From the NCBI GenBank assembly GCA_036676985.1, contig JAKFBU010000041.1, positions 1 to 64,000 of the forward strand: a DNA stretch of 64,000 nt, read 5' to 3'. A model generated the notes under the pieces. It saw only the letters and a program-made list of their open reading frames with translations, had not been told where the DNA came from and did not search any database. Both the position numbers and the translations under genes were made by a program. Numbering within the stretch: the stretch's first letter is position 1; each line of letters begins with the position of its first letter. This DNA is from Candidatus Sericytochromatia bacterium (lineage in GTDB: Bacteria > Cyanobacteriota > Sericytochromatia > S15B-MN24 > UBA4093). Positions 56,885-64,000 of the stretch are shown piece after piece.

Positions 56885-58039
56885 TCAGGGGCTCATGAGC
56901 TCCTTGAGGAACGTCGCCGCCTCCTGCGGGGCGACGGCCTTCGGGGCTGCGACGCCCTCGGCGCCCAGGATGGCCGTCACGGCCTCGTAGCTTCGCCTAG
57001 AGCTCCCCTGCAAGAGGGCCGTGGCCTCCTGACGCAAGCCGTCGGGATCCTGCGGCTGCCAGTCACTGTACGTGAACCCCTGCACCATGCCGAGCCGGTG
57101 GGTGGCCGCGAGCGCCATGTGCTGCGAGTCGCCGCCCTCGCGCTCCACGCGCTCCAAGAGGCGCTCCAGGGCGGGGTCCGCCGCCACGCCGGCCATGGGG
57201 GCGAGCAGCATCTCCCCCAGCTCCCCGCCCGACTGCAAGAAGCGCTCGTACGAGGCCTTGAGGGTTCGCAGCTGGGCCGCATCGACGTACATGGAGGCGA
57301 AGCGGTCCTCGGGCAGGTTCGCCATGGCCCGCTTGAACTCCGCTTGGTCCTGCAGGCCCCGGCTCCAGTCGCGCACGTTGCTCATGGCGAGGCGATCGCC
57401 CTCCAACCGCATGCTGTCAGAGACCTTGGGCCCCAAGAGCCGCTCGAGCTCATGCAGGGAGCGGGCGGCCGCGCCCGGGTCCTTGACCCGCGCCACCAGG
57501 GTGATGCCCATGGGGACGGCGCTGCCCGACGGCGCCGGGTAGAGGCCGAGCCCGACCTCGCGTCCCGCCTGGTCCAGGAGGGCCATCAGGTGGCGCCCGA
57601 CCTCGGGGGAGTACAGGTTCTGGACGGCCTGCCAGGCCTGCTCCTCACCCGGCGTGCCGATGGTGTCGATGAGCAGGGGATACCCCGTCATGGCGTGCAG
57701 GCCCGGCAGGATGAAGCGCGCGAAGGGCAGGGCCTCGGCCATCGAGGCAAAGCCAAAGCCCGTCAGCCCCTGGGACAACAGCGTCGCAAGGGCCGGATGA
57801 AAGGCCACCCGGGCGTAGATCGCCGTCTCGGGGGGCAGCCACGAGCTGAGGGCCTCTCGCTCCGGGAGCGGCAAGAGGGCGTCCTCCTGGGGAATCGCGG
57901 CCGGATCCGGGCGCCATGTGACCTCGCGAAAGGCCCAGGCGCCGCTCGACGCGCCGAGCACGAACGCGACTCCGAGGGTCAGGGCCCAGCCGCCCCGTCC
58001 GGCCCCACGGCGTTTGCGCTTGAAAGGTTTGCGCTTCAT
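56885..58039 (-). CDS. Membrane-anchored hypothetical protein (DUF3352-like)
   Basis: Basic N-terminus plus TM; AAAGGAG RBS. Confidence 0.55.
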   Translation of the reverse strand: MKRKPFKRKRRGAGRGGWALTLGVAFVLGASSGAWAFREVTWRPDPAAIPQEDALLPLPEREALSSWLPPETAIYARVAFHPALATLLSQGLTGFGFASMAEALPFARFILPGLHAMTGYPLLIDTIGTPGEEQAWQAVQNLYSPEVGRHLMALLDQAGREVGLGLYPAPSGSAVPMGITLVARVKDPGAAARSLHELERLLGPKVSDSMRLEGDRLAMSNVRDWSRGLQDQAEFKRAMANLPEDRFASMYVDAAQLRTLKASYERFLQSGGELGEMLLAPMAGVAADPALERLLERVEREGGDSQHMALAATHRLGMVQGFTYSDWQPQDPDGLRQEATALLQGSSRRSYEAVTAILGAEGVAAPKAVAPQEAATFLKELMSP

Positions 58040-58193
58040 GGCTTCTCCTTTGCGACCTACGGTTCTCTTCCCTGCCTGACGCCCGGCTAATCAGCCGGTC
58101 GAAGGGGGGCTCGCCCGGGCCTGAATAGTTAAGATTTGATTATCTCTGGTTTATCTCATACAATCAGGGAGCAATCGAACGAGGAGGTGCTCC

Positions 58194-59222
58194 GTGAAGA
58201 AGCTCGGACTGGTGGCCCTGGGCCTGTTGCTGGTGGCATGCGGGACGAATCAGGTCGGATCGCTCGGGTCCCAGGAGGCCCAGGTCGCGACCCGCGCCGC
58301 GGCGAGCCGGCTGAACGGCGAGCGCGCGCTGGCGCACGTCGCTTACTTGACCGAGCGCAAGCTCGCCGGTCGCATGACGGCCTCCGAGGGCGACGCGCTC
58401 GCCGACGAGTACCTGGTCAAGCACTTCCGCGGCCTGGGGCTCAACGTCACGCTGCAGCCCTTCACGCATCCGCAGTTCCGGGGCACGGCGAACAACGTCA
58501 TCGCCATGCTGCCCGCCCGCGAGAAGACGGACAAGTACGTGGTGGTGGGCGCCCACAAGGACCACCTGGGCCAGCGCGGCGGCAAGATCTATTACGGCGC
58601 CAATGACAACGCCGGCGGCACGGCGGCCGTCATGGAGATCGCCCAGGTGCTCGCCGAAAAGGCCAAGCGCGGCGAGGGCCCCAAGGCCAACGTGCTCTTC
58701 ATGGCCTTCTCGGGTGAGGAGCTGGGGCTGTTGGGCTCGGCCTACTACACGCGCAACCCGATCGTCCCGACCGCGGACGGCAAGGCGAGCGCCATCACCC
58801 TCAAGCAGATCGGCGGCATGGTCAACCTGGACTGCATCGCCGTCGGCAACACCAACACCCTGGGCACGGACGTGGCGGAGCTCGGCGCCCAGTCCACCCG
58901 GTCGCTGCGGGACATCGCCGCGCGGCACGGCATGACCACGGTGTTCGCGCCCTTCAAGGTGCCCCACGGCACCCGCGAGCACGCCCACGAGGAGCTGCCG
59001 CCCGGTGCGTCGAGCGACCACGCGTCCTTCCGGCGCGCGGGCGTCCGGTCCATCTGCTACTACGCGGAGCCCGTCTTCAGCAAGTACCTGCACTCGCCCT
59101 ACGACACGATCCCCGCGCGGGACGAGGTCAAGAAGGCGCCCGCGGACCAGTTCAACATCGACAACCTGGTGCGCATCGGCGGGGTCGGCCTCGAGACGCT
59201 CGAGACCTGGGCCGCCGAGTAG
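58194..59222 (+). CDS. M28 family peptidase, lipoprotein
   Basis: Lipobox LVAC; GAHKDH, GANDNAGG, GEELGLLGS, SDHASF, LHSPYD. Confidence 0.9.
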   Translation: MKKLGLVALGLLLVACGTNQVGSLGSQEAQVATRAAASRLNGERALAHVAYLTERKLAGRMTASEGDALADEYLVKHFRGLGLNVTLQPFTHPQFRGTANNVIAMLPAREKTDKYVVVGAHKDHLGQRGGKIYYGANDNAGGTAAVMEIAQVLAEKAKRGEGPKANVLFMAFSGEELGLLGSAYYTRNPIVPTADGKASAITLKQIGGMVNLDCIAVGNTNTLGTDVAELGAQSTRSLRDIAARHGMTTVFAPFKVPHGTREHAHEELPPGASSDHASFRRAGVRSICYYAEPVFSKYLHSPYDTIPARDEVKKAPADQFNIDNLVRIGGVGLETLETWAAE

Positions 59223-59234
59223 GCGACATGACGT

Positions 59235-59264
59235 CGAACCGCCCCCCAAACGGGGGGCGGTTCG
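59235..59264. terminator. Hairpin between convergent genes
   Basis: cgaaccgcccccc-aaac-ggggggcggttcg. Confidence 0.6.
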
Positions 59265-59288
59265 CTCTTTCGGGGTGGTTCGAGAGGG

Positions 59289-60014
59289 CTAGAAGGCGTA
59301 GCTCACGCCGAGGTTGGGGCTGAAGGTCCAGGTGCTGCCCGCAGCCCCCGATGTCCAGAGGGCCGCGGCGTTGAGGTCGAGGGTCATCTTCTCGACCAGG
59401 GGCAGGATGAGGCTCGCCCGCACCCCGCCGTTGGCGTAACCGCCGAGAGGGTAGTTCACGAACTGCTCCTCGTAACCCGTCACGCCGCCCATGGGCAGGG
59501 TAAAGTTGACGTTGGCGGTCGTCCAGTCGGTGGAGCTGGTGACGCCCCGGGCGTAGCCGAGGTTCACGCTCGAGGTGACGGGCCCCGTCGCGAAGTCCGC
59601 GACGGCCAGGAAGCCGGGCACCACCTCCGAGAGCGACTGCACGCCCGGCACCGTCACCCCGGCCACCACGGCGGTCTTGAGCCAGTCGCCGCCCATCGGC
59701 AGCTGGGTCCGCACCCAGGGATAGACCGTTTCGAGGGACGTGCGGCCGGACGGATCGCCGAGCGCCGAGAAGCTGAGGCCGCTGCCGATCCCGAGCTCCA
59801 CGCCGTCCGCGATGCCCGTGACCACGTTCAGGGTGGGCGCCGTCACGGCGTTGCCCGGAAACACGGCGTTGAGGCGCATGTCGATGAGGGAGGTGCCCTT
59901 GGCGACGGGCACCGCGCCGACCCCGTCGCTCCCCCCGAATACAGACACGGAGCTCGCAAGGGCAGGGGCAGCCGGCAGGAGGGCCATCAGGCCCGCCAGA
60001 AAGAGGCGCTTCAT
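59289..60014 (-). CDS. Probable outer-membrane beta-barrel protein
   Basis: Signal peptide; amphipathic strands; terminal LGVSYAF. Confidence 0.65.
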   Translation of the reverse strand: MKRLFLAGLMALLPAAPALASSVSVFGGSDGVGAVPVAKGTSLIDMRLNAVFPGNAVTAPTLNVVTGIADGVELGIGSGLSFSALGDPSGRTSLETVYPWVRTQLPMGGDWLKTAVVAGVTVPGVQSLSEVVPGFLAVADFATGPVTSSVNLGYARGVTSSTDWTTANVNFTLPMGGVTGYEEQFVNYPLGGYANGGVRASLILPLVEKMTLDLNAAALWTSGAAGSTWTFSPNLGVSYAF

Positions 60015-60036
60015 GGGTGTTCGTTCCTTTCGTGGA

Positions 60037-62400
60037 CTAGCGAGGAAGCAGGGGGACGCTCGGCTCGATGGCGATACGGATCTCGCGGGCGGACTCCCGG
60101 GAGGTGTCCCGGAAGAACGAGAGGGCCTGCATGAGGCTCTGGGCCTGGCGCTCCAGGTCGCCCGCCGCCGAGGCGATCTGGTGGGTGGTCTGGGCCGCCT
60201 CCTGGGCGCTGCGGTGCATGGTGTCCACCGCGCCCACGATGAGGTCTCCGCCCGCGCGTTGCTCGACGGTCGCCGTCGAGACCTGGTGGGTCATGCGGTT
60301 CATGACCTCGACGGCCCGGACGATGTGCTCGCTGCCCGTCGACAGCTCCCGGATGGCGCCCGTGACCTCGCGGGTCAGCAGGGCCATGCGATCGCTCGCC
60401 GACAGGATCTGGTCGACGGCCCCCGTCTGCTCGCGGACGGCGAGCTCGATATGGCCCACCTGCGAGGTGGCCTGATCCACGGCCGTCACGATCTCGTCGA
60501 GCGCGCGGCCCGCGTTCTGCGCGAGGGTCATGCCGGCCCGGATGGCGTCCTCCCCCTCGCGGGTGCTGCGGACGGTCGCCTGGGTCTCGTCCTGGATGGC
60601 CTTCAGGAGGTCGGCGATCTCCCGGGTGGCCTTGGCGGAGCGCTCGGCGAGCTTTCTCACCTCGTCGGCGACCACCGCGAAGCCCCTGCCCGCCTCCCCG
60701 GCCCGTGCGGCCTCGATGGCCGCGTTGAGGGCCAGCAGGTTCGTCTGCTCGGCGATGTCGTCGATGACGGCGATGATCGAGCCGATCTCGGCCGTGCTCT
60801 TGCCGAGCCCCTGGATCGAGGCCACGACCGTGCCCATGACCTGGTTGATCCGCTCCATGCCCTGGACGGTCTGCTCGACGGCCTGGCTGCCGCGGCCGGC
60901 GGCGTGGGTGGCCTGCTCGGTGGCCTGGTTCGCCGTCGTCACGTTGACGGCCACCTGCTTGAGGCTCGCGGCCAGCTGCCCGATGCTCGTGGCCGTGACC
61001 TCGGCGGAGGCCGCCAGGCCGTCGGCGTTGCCCGCCGCCTGGCGGAGGCTCATGATCATCTGCTCGATGGACGAGGAGGTCTGCTCGACGCTCGTCGACA
61101 GGGCCTCGGCGTTGCCCGCCACCTGCTGGATGCTCGCGGCCATCTCCTCGATGGACGAGGACGTCTCGCCGGCGGTCGAGGCCTGTGACTGGGCGAGCCG
61201 CGCCAGGTGCTCGGTGCTCGGCCGGATCTGCTCGGCCGACGAGGCGACCACGTGTGCCGACGAGGCGATCTGGCCCGTGATCTCGCGCAGCCGGGCGTCC
61301 ATGGCGTTCATGGCCGTGAGCAGCTGGCCGATCTCGTCGCTGGAGTCCACCTGGACGGTGTCGCCGAGTTGGCCGTCGCGGAGCTGGTTGGCCATGCGCA
61401 CCGCCCCCCGCAGGGGCAAGGTGATGCTCCGGATGATGAAGACGATGAGGCCGACCGCGAGCACGAGCACCAGGAGGATGCTGCTCAGCGTCAGGATCTT
61501 GCTCTGGTTGAACTTGTCGACGCGCTTGACGAGCAGGGTGTCGAGCGCGGGCGAGGTGGCGTCGTACAGGGCGAAGCTACCCTCGGACGCGCCGTCGAAG
61601 GCCCGCTCGAAGTCCATGGGCGCGAGCGCCACCCGCTCGGACTTGGTCAGGCGCTCGTCCACGAGCTTCAAGAGGGCCTCCGTGCGCTCCGTGTTGGCGC
61701 GCTGGGAAGAGGAGAGGATGGGCTCGAGGGTGGCGTTGTTGGCGTAGGCCACGCGGTAGGACTCGTTCAAGAGGCCGAGGTTGGACTTGATGAGCCCGTT
61801 CAGCACCACCAGCAGGGTGCGGTCCTCGGCGGTCATGGCGCCCTTGGCGAGGATGCCCGCCACGTGGGCCTCGAACTGTCCGAGCAGGTCGGCGGAGGTG
61901 GGCAGCTTCAGGAGGACGGCGTCCATCAGGTAGTAGCTGTCGAGGTCCGGATCCAGGATCAGGTTGGAGTAGTTGCCCACCGTGGCGTTGAGGGCCAAGA
62001 GGGGGGCGCTGAGGGCCACCGGACCGTTCTGGCTCTTGGCGGCCTCGATGGCCTTCTTGACCTCCGCGAAGTCCTTGGCCGTCTTGAGGGGGCCGGACAG
62101 GCGGCCCTCCACGGCGGAGACCTTTTCGAAGGCGGTCGCGAGCTCAGCGCCCCGGCCCGCCACCAGGGCCCGGGCAGCCGGATCGCGGCGCGCCGCGTTG
62201 ACGGCCTGACCGTAGTCCAGGCTGCGCTCGAAGACGTCCATGAGCGGCACGAGGTACTCGACCCCGAGGCGCTCCTTGGTGCCGAAGTCGATGGCGATGT
62301 TCTTCTCCTGGACGAGGAGTTGAATGCCCACGATGAACGGCACGAACAGCGACAGGGCGATGAGCGTCAGTTTCTGCCAGATCTTCAGTTTCCGTAGCAT
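60037..62400 (-). CDS. Methyl-accepting chemotaxis protein
   Basis: 2 [44 protein letters not shown]. Confidence 0.95.
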   Translation of the reverse strand: MLRKLKIWQKLTLIALSLFVPFIVGIQLLVQEKNIAIDFGTKERLGVEYLVPLMDVFERSLDYGQAVNAARRDPAARALVAGRGAELATAFEKVSAVEGRLSGPLKTAKDFAEVKKAIEAAKSQNGPVALSAPLLALNATVGNYSNLILDPDLDSYYLMDAVLLKLPTSADLLGQFEAHVAGILAKGAMTAEDRTLLVVLNGLIKSNLGLLNESYRVAYANNATLEPILSSSQRANTERTEALLKLVDERLTKSERVALAPMDFERAFDGASEGSFALYDATSPALDTLLVKRVDKFNQSKILTLSSILLVLVLAVGLIVFIIRSITLPLRGAVRMANQLRDGQLGDTVQVDSSDEIGQLLTAMNAMDARLREITGQIASSAHVVASSAEQIRPSTEHLARLAQSQASTAGETSSSIEEMAASIQQVAGNAEALSTSVEQTSSSIEQMIMSLRQAAGNADGLAASAEVTATSIGQLAASLKQVAVNVTTANQATEQATHAAGRGSQAVEQTVQGMERINQVMGTVVASIQGLGKSTAEIGSIIAVIDDIAEQTNLLALNAAIEAARAGEAGRGFAVVADEVRKLAERSAKATREIADLLKAIQDETQATVRSTREGEDAIRAGMTLAQNAGRALDEIVTAVDQATSQVGHIELAVREQTGAVDQILSASDRMALLTREVTGAIRELSTGSEHIVRAVEVMNRMTHQVSTATVEQRAGGDLIVGAVDTMHRSAQEAAQTTHQIASAAGDLERQAQSLMQALSFFRDTSRESAREIRIAIEPSVPLLPR

Positions 62401-62466
62401 GCAGCAGCCTTCCTTGTACTTCGAACGAGACGAACGTTAAGTATTACAGAAAGTAACCAAGCTTTA

Positions 62467-62486
62467 CTGAAGATCACCTGAAGATC
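62467..62486. promoter_or_regulatory. Perfect 9-bp direct repeat CTGAAGATC at 11-bp period
   Basis: Copies at 62467 and 62478 in the divergent MCP/fadI intergenic region. Confidence 0.4.
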
Positions 62487-62590
62487 CAAGAGCCTCACGG
62501 AAGCCCCCACTTCCATAAGCAAACCGTGAAGAAATATTGCTCATGCGGTAGAATCGAGGGTGACGCCGAAACCTTCAGGAAGGGGGAACG

Positions 62591-63889
62591 ATGCCGGTGC
62601 GCCAGCTCTTGGGTCGCAAGGTCGTGGTGGTCGACGGGAGTCGCACGCCGTTCTTGCGATCGCAAACCGCGTTTGCGGACCTCATGGCCTATCAACTGGG
62701 GGCGATCGCCGTCTCGGGCCTGTTGCAGAAGACGGGCCTGGACCCCGCCCTGGTGGACCGGCTCATCATGGGGACGGTCATTGCGGAGCCCCGGACCTCC
62801 AACCTGGCGCGCGAGGTGGCCCTCGCTTCGGGCCTGCCCGAGACGCTGCCCGCCTACACCGTGACGGCGGCCTGCACCAGCGCCAACGTGGCCATCTCGA
62901 ACGCGGTGGAGGCGATCGCCGTGGGCATGGCGGACGTGGTCATCGCGGGCGGCGCCGAGATCCTCTCGGACGTGCCCATCCGCTTCAGCCGCCCGGTGCG
63001 CCAGCGGCTCATCGCCGCCCAGAAGGCCAAGGGCCCGGGCGACTACGTCAAGCTCCTGGGCGGCCTCAAGCCCACCGACATCCTGCCGGACACCCCCGCC
63101 ATCGCCGAGTTCTCGACGGGCCTCACCATGGGCCAGAGCGCCGAGCGCCTCGTCAAGCGCACGGGCGTCACCCGCGAGGAGCAGGACGCCTACGCGCTCG
63201 CCTCGCACCAGCGCGCCGCCAAGGCCACCGAGTCGGGCCTCCTCAAGGGCCAGATCACCCCGGCCATGGTGCCGCCCGGCTTCCAGCCCATCACGGCCGA
63301 CAACGGCGTGCGCGGCGACTCCACCCTGGAGAAGCTCGCGAGCCTGCCGCCGGTCTTCGACCGCCAGTTCGGCTCGGTGACGGCCGGCAACAGCTCGTTT
63401 TTGACCGACGGGGCGGCTGTGGTCCTCCTCATGAGCGAGGAGCGCGCCCGGGAGCTCGGCTACGAGCCGCTCGCGACCATCGTCGGCTACGCCATGGTGG
63501 CAGGCGAGCCCATCGAGGAGCTCCTGGCGGGCCCGTCCATCGCCATCCCCCAGGCCCTCGACCAGGTCGGCGTCGGCCTGGATCAGGTGGGCGTGGTGGA
63601 GCTGCACGAGGCCTTCGCCGGCCAGATGGTCGCCAACCTCAAGCTCCTGGCAGATCCCGCCTATGCCCGCGAGCGGCTCGGCCGCGATCGGGCCGTCGGC
63701 GAGGTCGATCCCGCCAAGCTGAACGCCTGGGGCGGCTCGCTATCCATCGGCCATCCCTTCGGGGCCACCGGCGCCCGCCTCGTCACCACGGCCGCCCAGC
63801 GCATGCGCCACGAGGACGCCGAGTTCGGCCTGGTCTCGGCTTGTGCGGCGGGTGCCCTCGGCCATGCCCTCGTGCTGCAGCGCGCCTGA
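62591..63889 (+). CDS. fadI: 3-ketoacyl-CoA thiolase FadI
   Basis: RTPF, ACTS, NSSFLTDGA, HEAFAGQ, GHPFGATG, ACAAG. Confidence 0.9.
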   Translation: MPVRQLLGRKVVVVDGSRTPFLRSQTAFADLMAYQLGAIAVSGLLQKTGLDPALVDRLIMGTVIAEPRTSNLAREVALASGLPETLPAYTVTAACTSANVAISNAVEAIAVGMADVVIAGGAEILSDVPIRFSRPVRQRLIAAQKAKGPGDYVKLLGGLKPTDILPDTPAIAEFSTGLTMGQSAERLVKRTGVTREEQDAYALASHQRAAKATESGLLKGQITPAMVPPGFQPITADNGVRGDSTLEKLASLPPVFDRQFGSVTAGNSSFLTDGAAVVLLMSEERARELGYEPLATIVGYAMVAGEPIEELLAGPSIAIPQALDQVGVGLDQVGVVELHEAFAGQMVANLKLLADPAYARERLGRDRAVGEVDPAKLNAWGGSLSIGHPFGATGARLVTTAAQRMRHEDAEFGLVSACAAGALGHALVLQRA

Positions 63890-63902
63890 TAGGAGAATGC
63901 CC

Positions 63903-64000
63903 ATGGAAGCCATGACGTTGCACAAGCGGCCGGACGGCGTCGCCGTGCTGCAGTTCGACACGCCCGACAGCCCCGTCAACATCCTCTCGAGCCGGTTCTT
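63903..64000 (+). CDS. fadJ: N-terminus of fatty-acid oxidation complex alpha subunit (truncated by window end)
   Basis: MEAMTL...DGVAVLQFDTPDSPVNILS directly after fadI, AGGAG RBS. Confidence 0.7.
   Translation, partial: MEAMTLHKRPDGVAVLQFDTPDSPVNILSSRF

Noticed and set aside
30-63607. Many long antisense or alternate-frame ORFs (e.g. 30-2543 +, 4788-6965 -, 18292-20184 -, 46652-49615 +)
   Set aside because: Shadow ORFs expected from high GC3 codon bias; they overlap well-supported genes and have no motifs

Overview
High-GC diderm bacterial chromosome segment (BamA/Omp85, many lipoproteins) with about 55 genes, mostly housekeeping or metabolic: glgP, two dusB paralogs, pduO, an SNF2 helicase, a two-component system, ABC-F, PBP1A, hup, xth, prmC, bamA, an MCP and fadI/fadJ. 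No rRNA, tRNA or CRISPR array was seen. Three things stand out. (1) A self-contained five-gene operon (49856-55236) encodes a signal-peptide-bearing FliF(ring)-TM-FliG fusion, a Pro-rich TPR protein, a CsgG/FlgO-like plus beta-barrel outer-membrane protein and a MotA/MotB stator, with no other flagellar genes in the window. It is a candidate minimal non-flagellar rotary motor. (2) An integrase-free, lower-GC 4155-bp cassette is bracketed by a duplicated 3' part of xth and carries one 1214-aa Mrr-like nuclease / STAND-like NTPase / 34-aa-repeat protein, a probable defence gene. (3) A BCP-type peroxiredoxin has an in-frame TGA at the catalytic position and an adjacent SECIS-like hairpin, i.e. 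a selenoprotein split by the ORF track. REP/REPIN elements and 11-bp-periodic operator-like boxes are also present. All calls are by motif recognition; no database searches were run.
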